Below are positions 8,227-19,700 of a DNA stretch of 64,000 bases, piece by piece (positions within the stretch are counted from its first letter, which is position 1; every line of letters begins with the position of its first letter). This stretch comes from a virus. The stretch lies in IMG/VR virus record IMGVR_UViG_3300020165_002937; one strand, given 5' to 3'. The notes under the pieces were generated by a model. That model ran no database searches, was not told the DNA's origin, and was given only the letters and a program-made list of their open reading frames with translations. Position numbers and translations under genes: made by a program.

Positions 8227-9900
8227 ATGGCGTATAATTCCCAGAAAGGAAATCAGCACAGCGGTGACATACAATATGAAGGTGATCCAAACGACACCCA
8301 GATTGATTTTGAGAATGATTTAGTCGCACTTAAGACGAATGGAGTGCAAAGGCTCATTGTCTCCGCTTCTGCGGTTACATCATCTGTTGTTTTCTCCGGT
8401 TCTTACGACGTTTACGGTCACACTTTTCGCGGCACGAGTGTTTCCGCATCGACAGGCATAACAGGCAGTTCGTTGCGAGTGGGTGCCTATGGATTAACTA
8501 ACGATGGCAAATTTGCTATTTCATCTTTGACACTCGGAGGTACCGCTATAACTTCAAACGCCGGCGAGCTAAACTTGGTTGATGGCACTTCAGCCGGCAC
8601 AGTTGTAAACAACAAAGCAGTTATCTACAGCGGAACCGGCCAGGTAAACGCTATTCATCTTTCTGCAGCGTCCGGTATAACGGGAAGCTCACTACGCATG
8701 GGTGCCTACGGTCTAACAAATGCCGGCCAGCTTGCAATCTCATCTTTCAATACCAATTGGACTAACGCTGGTAGGACCGTCGCCAACCTGGGTAGTGTAA
8801 CTACCGCAGATATTAATGGCGGTACATTGGACAACGTTGTAATTGGTGGCTCGACACAAAATCTAGCAAAGGTTACCACCTTAGACGCATCAAACAATGT
8901 ACAAATCGCCACAACATTGGGTGTTACTGGCTCTATATCTGGTAGCCATGGCTCTCTTACATCACTCTCTCTGGGTCCTGAGAACACAACGACGACAACA
9001 CTATATGTCAGAGCACCAACAAATGGCCTTGTTGCAATTTTTAAATCTCCGCTTCACGATTCAATCTTGGCGGTAACCGGTTCTGGTCGTGTGGCAGTTG
9101 GTGGAGCGTTAGTTGATGCCAAGCTCAACGTTACCGGCTCAGATACAGACAAGCTTCTGTCACTTAAAAGCAGCAGAGGTAACGTTTTTGCTGTAAGCGG
9201 AAGTGGAAAAGCATATCTTTCTGGCTCACTCACTCTCAACAGTATCGAACCTACAATACACTTTAGTTCAAGTGCTGGTGCCAATTTAGGACAAATTGGG
9301 ATCAACTCTTCGGACAACATACTTATTCAAAATAGTACGATAAACAAACATATCGTCTTTAAAGCGAGTGATGCCGGCACATTGCGCGAGGGCCTTCGGA
9401 TTGATGGGGCTGTACCCGAAGTGGTAGTTAACCAAGGGTCAGACTCTTTAGTCGATTTTAGAGTTGAAAGCAATAACAACACACACATGTTGTTTGTTGA
9501 TGGCGGTACTGAGAAAGTTGGAATAAATACAGCAACCCCAGCTAATACTTTCTCGGTTAACGGAACAACTCATCTGAGCGGATCCGTAAGATACCCAGTA
9601 GCTGTTAAAACGGCTAATTATTCGCTTACTGTTGATGATAGCATAATAATATTCAATCATGGCTCGGTTGTCACCGGGACCCTCCCAACAATTGTTGCTG
9701 GGATGGAAGGTTCTAAATTTACGGTGAAGAATATAGGTTCTGCAGTCGCGCGCATTATTGGTGATGATGATCCAGCCCAAAATATTGACGGGGTTTCTAC
9801 CGGCGTAGCTTTGGCACAAGGTGACTGTATACAAGTAGTGGCGTTTCCAATTGGTAGCGGTTACGACTGGGCTACGCTTCACTTATACGATGCTTCATAG
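8227..9900 (+). CDS. Fibre-like virion protein (paralogue 5)
   Basis: MAYN start; ITSNAGELNLVD repeat, KVGINTATP fibre motif, shared C-terminal domain. Confidence 0.65.
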   Translation: MAYNSQKGNQHSGDIQYEGDPNDTQIDFENDLVALKTNGVQRLIVSASAVTSSVVFSGSYDVYGHTFRGTSVSASTGITGSSLRVGAYGLTNDGKFAISSLTLGGTAITSNAGELNLVDGTSAGTVVNNKAVIYSGTGQVNAIHLSAASGITGSSLRMGAYGLTNAGQLAISSFNTNWTNAGRTVANLGSVTTADINGGTLDNVVIGGSTQNLAKVTTLDASNNVQIATTLGVTGSISGSHGSLTSLSLGPENTTTTTLYVRAPTNGLVAIFKSPLHDSILAVTGSGRVAVGGALVDAKLNVTGSDTDKLLSLKSSRGNVFAVSGSGKAYLSGSLTLNSIEPTIHFSSSAGANLGQIGINSSDNILIQNSTINKHIVFKASDAGTLREGLRIDGAVPEVVVNQGSDSLVDFRVESNNNTHMLFVDGGTEKVGINTATPANTFSVNGTTHLSGSVRYPVAVKTANYSLTVDDSIIIFNHGSVVTGTLPTIVAGMEGSKFTVKNIGSAVARIIGDDDPAQNIDGVSTGVALAQGDCIQVVAFPIGSGYDWATLHLYDAS

Positions 9901-9990
9901 CTAACAAATGGTATAGTTACCAAAAAAGCGGGTTTTTCAAGCAAAATAGTACTATTTACTTTGAATTACTATTTTTGTAGGAGTAAATTA

Positions 9991-11157
9991 ATGTCAAATC
10001 TGTTAAAAGAAGCGATTATCGATGCAAAAGCATTGCGCGAAACAGCCCTTAGAACTGCCGAATCTTCCATTATTGAGAAATATTCAGATGATGTAAGGAA
10101 AACCCTAGACAAGATCTTAGAGCAGGAAGATTTTGGGGATCCACAGGGTCTTGATGCAATGTCCCAAGATATGGGAGCATCCCCGGTGGCCTCTGCTGCT
10201 TCCGATGACGTAACTGACGACGTTCCTTTCGCTGCCCTCGATGATTTGGCCGAGGAAGAAGGTGAGATCGTAGACTCAATTGCAGATGGAGAATCCGTTG
10301 AAATTAATTTAGACTTACCTGCTTTAGAAGAAGCAGTAAAAGCATTTGCTGCTGAGCTTGAGGAACAAGAGGTTGATTTAGACGAGCTTGACCTTGGCTC
10401 CCTAACAGAAGAAGATGAAGAAACTCTCGAAGAAGACGAAGATGAGCTTGAGGAAGGCTCTCTTACCGATACGACCGATAAAGTCTCGTACGCCGGCCAA
10501 ATTGGAGACGAGAAGGCTGGAGAAGCAGCTGATCGGATGGGTGACTTAGCCCAAATCTCTGCAATTGCCGCAGAGTCAGTCGACCCAGACCTCGATGAAA
10601 ACGCGCTCATCGATGCAATCTTAGAAAAGTTAACAGTTGATGTACGTGGTGAGCTTGGTGGTTGGGCCGGCCGCTCCGCTGAACAAACCATTTATGAAAC
10701 AGAAAGAGAATTAGCACATCGTCGAAGTACGCATGTGGAAGAAGAATTAGAAGATCTTAAAAAAGCTTATGAAGACTTAGTTTTCGAAAATAAACAAGTT
10801 ATCTCAGACGCTGATAAGTACAAGCAGGCGCTTTATGAAATGAAAGACAACCTTGAGGACGTCAACCTTTCAAATGCGCGCTTGTTATACACGAACCGTG
10901 TTTTACGAAATACCTCCCTAAATGAGCGACAAAAAAATAAAATTGTCGAAGCGATTTCTAGCGCTGGTTCAGTAGCAGAAGCGAGGACAATATTTAAAAC
11001 CCTTGAAAGCGCAGTGGAGTCTGTACCAAACAAGACACCTAAATCACTGAGCGAGGCAATTTCCCGTCCTACCTCTGTTATTCGCGCATCTCGTCAAGAG
11101 ACTGTGCAAACCGACTCATTCTCCCAGAGAATGAAAAAACTAGCAGGTATAAACTAA
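9991..11157 (+). CDS. Prohead core/scaffold protein (gp22-like position)
   Basis: AGGAG before ATG 9991; very acidic, coiled-coil, directly upstream of the capsid gene; ends RMKKLAGI. Confidence 0.75.
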   Translation: MSNLLKEAIIDAKALRETALRTAESSIIEKYSDDVRKTLDKILEQEDFGDPQGLDAMSQDMGASPVASAASDDVTDDVPFAALDDLAEEEGEIVDSIADGESVEINLDLPALEEAVKAFAAELEEQEVDLDELDLGSLTEEDEETLEEDEDELEEGSLTDTTDKVSYAGQIGDEKAGEAADRMGDLAQISAIAAESVDPDLDENALIDAILEKLTVDVRGELGGWAGRSAEQTIYETERELAHRRSTHVEEELEDLKKAYEDLVFENKQVISDADKYKQALYEMKDNLEDVNLSNARLLYTNRVLRNTSLNERQKNKIVEAISSAGSVAEARTIFKTLESAVESVPNKTPKSLSEAISRPTSVIRASRQETVQTDSFSQRMKKLAGIN

Positions 11158-11189
11158 AAATACATATAATTTAAAGGAGGTATTTTAAA

Positions 11190-13004
11190 ATGTCTAGTAT
11201 CATAGAACGATTAACCGAAGGTATGGTTAATCGAGACATGCGCGCCGAAGGTCACGCACTACTTAATAAGTGGGAAAAGACCGGACTTCTTGAAGGCTTA
11301 GATGATAGCCGTAAACGTTCGTCCATGGCTCGCTTGCTTGAAAACCAAGCAAAAGAACTACTCCGCGAAAGCTCCAGCATGGCTGGTGGCGACGTTGAGG
11401 GTTTTGCAGCAGTTGCATTCCCAATCGTCCGCCGTGTTTTTGCAGGTTTGATCGCAAACGATCTCGTTTCCGTTCAACCAATGAGTCTCCCAAGTGGGCT
11501 CATCTTCTTCCTTGACTTCACGGTCAGCCAAGAAGCTGGTGGTCACGCTATTACCACTGACCGTTTGGGCTACAAGATTAGTAGCTCGCTCTACGGTGGT
11601 AACCGCGTTGGTTCCAGGATTACTGGTGGTGTCGATCTCGATGCTCACGGTGTTGGCCTTGCTGGCGGCGCGTATAACCTTAATAACGGTTACTCGTCTC
11701 CAACTGGCTCAGCCCTTGGTAACGCGATCACACTTACTCCAGAAGCAGGTGCTTACGGTCGCTGGGGTTCGGCAGAAGCTTCGGCATCGGTGCTTCACAA
11801 GGCAATCGAATACGATCCAGACTTAGTGTCAGGCTCTACTCTTGTTGCTGAGGTTACAGTCCTTGTTACTGGACTCGATCAAGTTGATGGCAAGGGAGTT
11901 GGTCCCCAATCGTTCAACGTTTCGAGTTCCGGAGGTAATGGAGTACTGCTCGGCTCAGACGCTGCAGGCAACGCGGTCACCGCGCGCCTTCTTCGCCGTC
12001 ACACCACCCTTGTCAGTGCTTCGACCACACCACGTCTTAAGTTGGTGTTCGTAAGTACTGGTTCTGATGGTAGTGGAGCCCACCTTCCAAAGAACTTGTC
12101 GGACAAGATTGTCAAGACACTTACGTCGTCCCATACGACTGTGTCTTGGGCGCAAACTGATGATATCACTAACGCTGCTGCGCTTGGTGCTGTTGTTGGT
12201 CAAACCGAATGGGGACTTGAAGGCGAAGCTGACATCCCAGAGATCGACATCAAGGTCGATTCTATCGCGATCACCGCGCAAACCAAGAAGCTCAAGGCTA
12301 AGTGGACTCCGGAGTTAGGTCAAGACCTTAACGCCTACCACAACCTTGATGCAGAGGTTGAGCTTACATCGATCCTTTCGGAGCAAATTGCTCTTGAAAT
12401 TGATCGTGAAATCTTAGCTGACTTGGTCAATGGTGCTACCGCAGCAACTCAATACTGGTCCCGCTCCCCGGGTCTGTTCGTTAATCGCGACACCGGTGAT
12501 GAGATTGGCGCTAGCTCCAAGGCACCCGACTTCACGGGTACCGTCTCCGAGTGGTATGAAAACCTCATTGAAACTATCAATGATGTTTCTGCTGCTATTC
12601 ACCGCAAGACTCTTCGCGGTGGCGCTAACTTCGTTGTCTGCGGACCCGAAGTCGCTAATATCCTTGAGTTTACCTCTGGATTCCGCGCTAGTGTCACAGC
12701 TGATGCCGAAACTGGTGATATCGGAGCAGTCAAGGTGGGAGCATTGAACAAGAAGTTCGACGTTATCGTTGATCCATACTTCTTGCGCAACGTGTTGCTC
12801 GTTGGCCGTCGCGGCTCTTCTTTCCTCGAAAGCGGATACGTGTACGCACCATACGTGCCACTGCAGACCACACCTACAATCTTCGGACCAGAAGACTTCG
12901 TGCCTCGCAAGGGCGTGATGACTCGTTATGCGAAGAAGATGGTACGTCCCGATATGTACGGCATCGTTGTCGTACGCGGATTGACCGGCGAGTCTGGAGG
13001 ATGA
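11190..13004 (+). CDS. gp23: Major capsid protein (T4 gp23 family) with large insertion
   Basis: LLENQ, VQPMSLPSGLIFF, KLKAKWTPELGQDLNAYH, EIDREI, YAPYVPL, GVMTRY motifs. Confidence 0.96.
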   Translation: MSSIIERLTEGMVNRDMRAEGHALLNKWEKTGLLEGLDDSRKRSSMARLLENQAKELLRESSSMAGGDVEGFAAVAFPIVRRVFAGLIANDLVSVQPMSLPSGLIFFLDFTVSQEAGGHAITTDRLGYKISSSLYGGNRVGSRITGGVDLDAHGVGLAGGAYNLNNGYSSPTGSALGNAITLTPEAGAYGRWGSAEASASVLHKAIEYDPDLVSGSTLVAEVTVLVTGLDQVDGKGVGPQSFNVSSSGGNGVLLGSDAAGNAVTARLLRRHTTLVSASTTPRLKLVFVSTGSDGSGAHLPKNLSDKIVKTLTSSHTTVSWAQTDDITNAAALGAVVGQTEWGLEGEADIPEIDIKVDSIAITAQTKKLKAKWTPELGQDLNAYHNLDAEVELTSILSEQIALEIDREILADLVNGATAATQYWSRSPGLFVNRDTGDEIGASSKAPDFTGTVSEWYENLIETINDVSAAIHRKTLRGGANFVVCGPEVANILEFTSGFRASVTADAETGDIGAVKVGALNKKFDVIVDPYFLRNVLLVGRRGSSFLESGYVYAPYVPLQTTPTIFGPEDFVPRKGVMTRYAKKMVRPDMYGIVVVRGLTGESGG

Positions 13005-13042
13005 TCTAATAGATCAGACTTATAGTCGCTAATAAACAAACT

Positions 13043-13071
13043 CCCCTGTCACTTCGGTGGCGGGGGTTTTT
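13043..13071 (+). terminator. Rho-independent terminator after capsid gene
   Basis: cccctgtcac-TTCG-gtggcggggg followed by TTTTT. Confidence 0.85.
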
Positions 13072-13173
13072 GGTTTTTATATAGTGATAAAGTGTTTTTA
13101 GCAGGCATTGCCACTACTTATAAACAGCAAACACGACGCGCTAATTAATTTTTTTATAAAGGAGAAACTTCGT

Positions 13174-13779
13174 ATGGCTACTACCCCTAATGCAGCAAGA
13201 CTTAAAAAACTTTTGGGAGGCACCGTTATCGAAGTACCGGGCGGTACTATCACCGAGCTTACCAGCACAACAGCGACGATCGCAACGGCAGCAGTCACAA
13301 CTTTAGGTGTTACAGGGGTCCAAACCCACACCAATGCGTCTGGCGCCTACATCAACGGCAAAAACGTAGTCTCCAAAGTAGTAGCTTTCTCAGTCGGCTC
13401 ACCAAACATTGATTCTGGAGCGATTTATGTTCCTGGCAATTCTTTAATTACCAAGCTGACTGTTGTTTGCAATACTGCATCAACCCAAGGCAGCGGTAAC
13501 GTTACAGTTCAAGCCGGTACCACAGCTTCAGGAAATGATTATGCAGCCGCGGTAACCTTCGAGACAGGAACCAGTGTTAATGGCGGAGTTGGAACCTCGA
13601 CAGATACAGCTTTGGCCACAGCGCTGAAGGCAGATAACCCACTGGTGCAACAGGCGACCGCCGCGGCATGGTGTTCCGGAGCCGCAGAGGTTCACATGCG
13701 TATTATCGCAGCGGGAGGAAACTTCACAGGAGGTTCCTTTACTTTCATCGTGGAGTTTGATTACGCAGGTGGCGATTAA
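13174..13779 (+). CDS. Putative head decoration/virion protein
   Basis: AAGGAG before ATG 13174; own late box (13113) and terminator; beta-rich. Confidence 0.6.
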   Translation: MATTPNAARLKKLLGGTVIEVPGGTITELTSTTATIATAAVTTLGVTGVQTHTNASGAYINGKNVVSKVVAFSVGSPNIDSGAIYVPGNSLITKLTVVCNTASTQGSGNVTVQAGTTASGNDYAAAVTFETGTSVNGGVGTSTDTALATALKADNPLVQQATAAAWCSGAAEVHMRIIAAGGNFTGGSFTFIVEFDYAGGD

Positions 13780-13803
13780 ACCATAACCCTTATAAACAAA
13801 GAT

Positions 13804-13830
13804 CCCCGGCCAAAAGCCGGGGTTTTTTTT
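13804..13830 (+). terminator. Rho-independent terminator
   Basis: ccccggc-caaaa-gccgggg then T8. Confidence 0.85.
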
Positions 13831-13936
13831 GAAAAACCTGATCTCTACAATTTTTTCGCCGGTAAATTTTTGAGATTTTCATTTTTTGTCTTATGAAAAA
13901 CTATTTAACTTATAGACGCCGAAGGAACCATCTTTA

Positions 13937-15229
13937 ATGCCAACCGATTTAAATCCAAATTCACAAACAAGCGCCATAGTCCTAACTTCAACAGGTAGCG
14001 CTACTAAGGTATCTGCTGCCGTCCCGTTTGGCATGTATACTGGCTCAGCCGACTTCTTAACCGGCGCCGCACTACAGGTAAATTACGTATATAAAAAGTT
14101 AGGCGGAGATGTAATAGATATTGAGCTTACACCAGCAAATGTGTACTCAGCATATGAAGAAGCTGTGCTTGAATATTCGTATATAGTAAATCTTCACCAA
14201 AGCAAGAATGTTTTATCTGATTACCTGGGTAATGCTACAGGCACATTTGATCATCTGGGGAATATCAAATCTGGCTCCCTTTCCGCTAGTTTGGGCGGAA
14301 CCCATGTTGAGTTGAAGACACCAAAAATGCATTTTTCAATTGCAAAAAGAGTGGGAGACGGCATGGCATCCATCAGTGGAATGGGAGGTAGCCAGAGGCA
14401 GTACTCAGCTTCGTTTGCCCCAGTGGATGATGTACAAGACTATGATCTCCAAACAATTGTAAAAACAGCATCTGACAGCGGTAAGGATGACGCCGGCCGG
14501 AATATTGGTTTTTCTGGCAAGGTTGAGAACAAAAGAATTATCGTAACAAAAGTGTTTTATAAATCACCAAGAGCTATGTGGAGGTTCTACGGATATTACG
14601 GAGGAGTCGGAGTTGTAGGAAACGGTTCCACATACGGTCAATTTGCTGATGACTCGACATTTGAAGTAATACCTACGTGGCAAAATAAAATGCAAGCGAT
14701 TATGTATGAAGATTCGCTTTTCACTAGAACCTCTCACTATTCATACGAAATTATAGCAAACCGCTTAAGACTGTACCCGTCACCTAGTGACTATTCCTTT
14801 GGTCCTGACGACAGGATCTTTTTTAAATTTTACGTAGAAGAAAATGCGTGGGAAGAGGCCGATTCGTTCGAATCAGGCGTCAACGGCATCAATAACATGA
14901 ATACGCTGCCTTTCGGTAACATACCGTATAACAATATTAATTCGATTGGCAAACAATGGATTCGCAAATATGCATTGGCGCTTTGTAAAGAAATGCTAGG
15001 CCAAATCCGAGGTAAGTTTACCACAGTGCCAATCCCAGGAGAAAGTGTAACGTTAAACCACAGCGAATTGTTATCTCAAGCGAAAGAAGAACAGACTGAG
15101 CTTAAAGATAAATTAAGAGATATGCTTAAGGAAATGGAATACCCAGAACTCATGAAGAAGGACCAAGAAAAGGCAGACGCAGCAACCGCTACTCTAAAGA
15201 ACTCCCCACTGCCAATTTTTGTAGGATAA
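13937..15229 (+). CDS. gp13: Neck protein (T4 gp13-like)
   Basis: LGGDVIDIELT; WIRKYALALCKEMLGQIRGKF..PG..TLN; position after capsid. Confidence 0.8.
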   Translation: MPTDLNPNSQTSAIVLTSTGSATKVSAAVPFGMYTGSADFLTGAALQVNYVYKKLGGDVIDIELTPANVYSAYEEAVLEYSYIVNLHQSKNVLSDYLGNATGTFDHLGNIKSGSLSASLGGTHVELKTPKMHFSIAKRVGDGMASISGMGGSQRQYSASFAPVDDVQDYDLQTIVKTASDSGKDDAGRNIGFSGKVENKRIIVTKVFYKSPRAMWRFYGYYGGVGVVGNGSTYGQFADDSTFEVIPTWQNKMQAIMYEDSLFTRTSHYSYEIIANRLRLYPSPSDYSFGPDDRIFFKFYVEENAWEEADSFESGVNGINNMNTLPFGNIPYNNINSIGKQWIRKYALALCKEMLGQIRGKFTTVPIPGESVTLNHSELLSQAKEEQTELKDKLRDMLKEMEYPELMKKDQEKADAATATLKNSPLPIFVG

Positions 15230-15237
15230 ATTAAACA

Positions 15238-15726
15238 ATGTCGAATGAATGGAAAAAACCTGGCGCACCACCACCACCTTTATTTCTTGGAAAAAAAGAA
15301 AGAGACTTTGTAAAACAAATTAACGATGAGTTAATAGAAAAAGTAATTGGACAACAGATATTATACTATTCTATTGACCTAGCCACTACTAACTTTCATG
15401 AGTTATACGGGGAAGCTGTTGAAAAAACGTTTTTGCCGCCTATAAGAGTATATGCCCTTGTCGAATATACCGACTTCTCTACCGATTACATGGAAGATGT
15501 AGGGATAGACAAGAGCTGGGAGGTTATGGTCCATTTTCACAAAAGAAGGTTGGAGGAAGATCAAGATCTGTATGTTAGAGAAGGTGATTTTGTTCTTTAT
15601 AATGATAGTTACTATGAAATAGTCAAGCTTACCGAGCCTAAATTACTTTTTGGGCAAGCCGGACAAGATTTTGAGATAGCTGCCAGATGCAGAAGAGCGA
15701 GAAGAGGACTTTTTAATGCTTCCTGA
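15238..15726 (+). CDS. Neck/head-closure protein (gp14-like)
   Basis: LYGEA..K.F, REGDFV..YYEI; position between neck and tail terminator. Confidence 0.65.
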   Translation: MSNEWKKPGAPPPPLFLGKKERDFVKQINDELIEKVIGQQILYYSIDLATTNFHELYGEAVEKTFLPPIRVYALVEYTDFSTDYMEDVGIDKSWEVMVHFHKRRLEEDQDLYVREGDFVLYNDSYYEIVKLTEPKLLFGQAGQDFEIAARCRRARRGLFNAS

Positions 15727-16630
15727 TAATTTTGACTTTGCGTTACTGCCAGTTGACGCATCTAAAGCAACCTTAAAAGAAATTGGAATGCTTTCTTCAA
15801 CGATAGAGACTATCGACTATGCAATGGTGTCGTGGTTGAAAGAAGATTTAAAATTGTCGGCCGTAACTAATGAAGGCAACCGAAAAGTACCCGTTTTGTG
15901 GCAAACCCCCGAGCGCTCCTTCCAGATAAAAAACGCTAAAGAGTTGAGAGACGATGACGGCGCCTTAAAATTACCGGTCATTTCGATTCAAAGGACCGCA
16001 ATGACGAAAGACCCCAATAGAAAAGGTGGATTTCAAGCGCATTTATATTCTAAAGATCAGAATGGGCGCGCCGGCAGGATAGTGATTGCAAAAAGAATAG
16101 TTGAGGACAAAACTAGAAATTTTGCAGTAGCCGGCAATACCCGAGTTGATCCGGGCGCCGTAGCCCCGAAACCAAGTTTGGCTTCGGGCAAGAAAAAACA
16201 AATGTGGTTCCCGAGAAAGAATAACAAAATAGTAATACAGTCTTTATCAATCCCAATACCAGTTTATATAAATATAGACTACAAGATTGTGATGAAAACA
16301 GAATACCAACAGCAAATGAACGAACTGGTGGCACCCTTCATTGCGAGAACAGGACAAATAAACTCTTTTGTGTTAAAACGCGATGGCCACCTATACGAAG
16401 CGTTCATTGAACAAAATTTTGCACAAAGCAATAATGTGGCTAATCTAGGTGAGGATACACGCCTTTTCCAAACTGAAATAAATATAAAAGTCTTAGGGTA
16501 TTTGATCGGCGAAGGAAAAAATGATGACAGGCCCATTGTAAGGATAGATGAAAATGTTGTAGAAATCTCCTTTCCGCAAGAAATGGTGGCCCCTCCAGGC
16601 GACTGGAACTTCTTCGGCAATGTAAAATGA
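15716..16630 (+). CDS. Tail terminator/sheath stabiliser (gp15-like)
   Basis: KVPVLW..PER, LPVISI.R, PIPVYINIDY; directly before sheath. Confidence 0.65.
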   Translation: MLPDNFDFALLPVDASKATLKEIGMLSSTIETIDYAMVSWLKEDLKLSAVTNEGNRKVPVLWQTPERSFQIKNAKELRDDDGALKLPVISIQRTAMTKDPNRKGGFQAHLYSKDQNGRAGRIVIAKRIVEDKTRNFAVAGNTRVDPGAVAPKPSLASGKKKQMWFPRKNNKIVIQSLSIPIPVYINIDYKIVMKTEYQQQMNELVAPFIARTGQINSFVLKRDGHLYEAFIEQNFAQSNNVANLGEDTRLFQTEINIKVLGYLIGEGKNDDRPIVRIDENVVEISFPQEMVAPPGDWNFFGNVK

Positions 16631-16752
16631 TGCTTCCCGAGAGGAAAGCTATAACTTTTTATTAGTTCCTGAACAGCCTTTTGAGTTTAAAAACACTATT
16701 TAATGTATGATTGCAGCATCACACATCTAATTTATTGAGGGGAAGTTAAAAC

Positions 16753-19700
16753 ATGTCAGTCAAAAAATTCAAATTCGTATCTCCTGGAGTGTTTATCAAT
16801 GAAATTGATAACTCCTTTATACCAAAGTCCGCGGACTCTATTGGTCCAGTTGTCATTGGTCGCTCTGCACGCGGCTTAGCGATGACCCCAACAAAGGTTG
16901 AGTCTTACTCACAATTCATTGAATTGTTCGGCGATACCGTTCCTGGTAACGGCGGCGGCGATATCTATCGTTACGGCAACCATCAATCACCGATGTATGG
17001 TACTTATGCTGCGAAAGCTTTCCTGCGCGCAAACGTTGCACCGCTTACTTATATTAGGCTTTTAGGTCAGCAGACTTCTGCTGGTTCCGCAGCCGGCGGC
17101 GATGCCGCAGCAGGTTATAAGACAACGCAGAACTTAGGAACTGCCGTGGCCTCCAAGTCTAGCGCAAATGGTGGTGCATATGGTCTTTTTGTGGCCAAGT
17201 CAGGATCTTCCATGGACCTTGTCGGAGAGGCCTCCGGTGCGCTCCACTTGGCAGCAGTTTTCTACGTGAACACTGGCTCGGTCCAACTTCAAGGTACTTT
17301 GCGTCAAGGTAATGATGCCGGCGCCGGCGGTACGTCTTCCGTTGGTCAAGTTGTACAAGCTGCAGGCGCCGTTGTATCGATGGGCTCTGATGGCTTATTC
17401 ACATTAATTGTTAGTGGCTCAAACAAGGGCAACCGAAAGATTAAGTTCAACTTTGATGACTCCAGTGACAAATTTATTCGTCGCCGCGTGAACACAAACC
17501 CGCAGCTACTCTCAACAGCTGGAACTTTCTATCCGCAATCAGCGGCCGACGATATTGTTTTGGGCGAATCTTTTGAGCAAGAGCTTCGTGATCGTAGCTT
17601 GGCTACATCAACTACTCTTCACGGAGTTGTTCTTGGTCTCGCTCTGAGCGGTACCGCGGCTACTGGTCCTCATAATCTCGAAGGCCAAGCGTCAACAGAA
17701 GCCAGATCCGGCTGGATTATTGGTCAAGAAATTGATGGAGTCACTACTGACTTTCAACCACAAGCTCAACAAAAGCTTTTCCGTTTTAAAGGCCGTGGCC
17801 ATGGCGGATGGTTGCATAAGAACATAAAGATATCCATAACGAATATCAGAAAGTCTAATACAACCACTACAGACTACGGAACGTTTACAATATTGCTTCG
17901 CGATATTAACGATACCGATAATAATGTTACTGTTATGGAAAGATTCGACAATTGCAGTCTTGATCCCAAATCTCCAAATTATATTGCCCGAGTAATCGGC
18001 GACAAATATGTCGAATGGGACGCTAACGAGCGCAGACTTAAAGAATACGGTAACTATGCCAACCAGTCGAAATATATCTGGGTTGACATGAATGATAAAA
18101 CTGATCAAGGTGGAACTGAACCTTCACTCCTCCCATTCGGCTACTTCGGACCTCCCAAGTTTAGAAACTTGCTGAACGCCAAAGATGCCAGTGATTTTGA
18201 AAACTCATTTATTATCAACGCACAAGGCTTGAGCGGTAGCGGTAACGTCGCCGGCTGTACAGCTATGAGTGGCGCTGGCGCTGTTGGCCAGGCGCCCACG
18301 GCCCAAGGCCATAGATATGCGATTAACGTCGGCGGGGGGTCGGTCAAATTGGGCCGTACCGCCACTGACGGCCTTTCCTTCATTCCTATGCAAGCAGCCA
18401 CAGCCTCGCTGTTCTTCCCTAAAGATCGCTTGCGGGTGTCAGCCAGTGCTGGCGGACAATCAGATCCAACCGACTCTTACTTTGGTTTCTCAACTACGAG
18501 GACAAGTGGGTCCACTCGCGCTGATGCAAGTGTCCTTGATACTCACAACTTGTTATACGGCGGCTTTCCAGATGATATTACATCGGCCAACGGTACACCA
18601 GAGCTAAACCCAACTGCATACCCGGGCATTGATGCTTATTCATATGTATTCAGTCTTAATGATGTTGTTCTCGACGTTAACGGCAACTACTACTACGAGT
18701 CTGGTTCCCGTGACAATACTGATGGCACTAACGCCAATAGAGCCAAAGGCTCCGTGACCTCAGCTTCAATTGATGGATTACTGAACGCAGGATACGGTAA
18801 TTTCACAACACCACTGTACGGCGGTTTTGATGGATTTGATATCTTCAAACCAGATCCACTTTATAACAAAGCTATGGGGGCCTCAGCTACCGAAGATACG
18901 AGCTACGTGTTTCACACATACCGTAGAGCGATTGACACGGTTTCTGATCCAGAAGTTACTGATATGAATATCTTGACAATCCCGGGCCTCACAAATAACT
19001 CATTGACTGAGCACGCAATCAATGTTTGCGAAGCTCGTGGAGATGCAATGGCACTCATCGATCTTCCAAGCGTATACGTACCAAATCATGAGGAATACAA
19101 CGCGGATAAATCGTCAGCAATTCAAACTACGCCAGTAAGAGCAGCTGAGGCTCTCAGAACCCGCAGGATTGACTCAAGCTACGGTGCCACATTCTACCCA
19201 TGGGTGCAGACCCGCGATGATAACACAGGCGCCAACGTTTGGATTCCGCCTACCGTAGCGATGCTCGGTGTGCTAGCTAGCTCGCAAGCCAAAACAGATG
19301 TATGGTTTGCTCCAGCAGGCTTCAACCGCGGCGGCTTAACTGACGGTGCGGCTGGAATTTCAGTTATCGGAGTAACCGAGAAGCTTACAAGCAAACAACG
19401 TGACACGTTATATGATAGCAACATCAATCCAATCGCTTCATTCCCATCAACTGGAATTGTAGTGTTCGGCCAAAAGACACTCCAAGAGCGCCAAAGCGCA
19501 CTTGATAGAATCAACGTCCGTAGATTGGTAATTTACTTGAAGAAACAAATCTCGATTATATCCTCACAGGTACTTTTTGAGCAAAATGTACAGTCAACTT
19601 GGAATCGATTCAAGTCGCTGGTTGAGCCATTCCTCGCGAATGTCAAGGTCCAGTTCGGTATCACTGATTACCGTCTGATCCTCGATGAGTCAACTACGAC

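Noticed and set aside
13831-13899. T-rich imperfect palindrome after the decoration-gene terminator
   Set aside because: Weak pairing, single copy, no function supportable.
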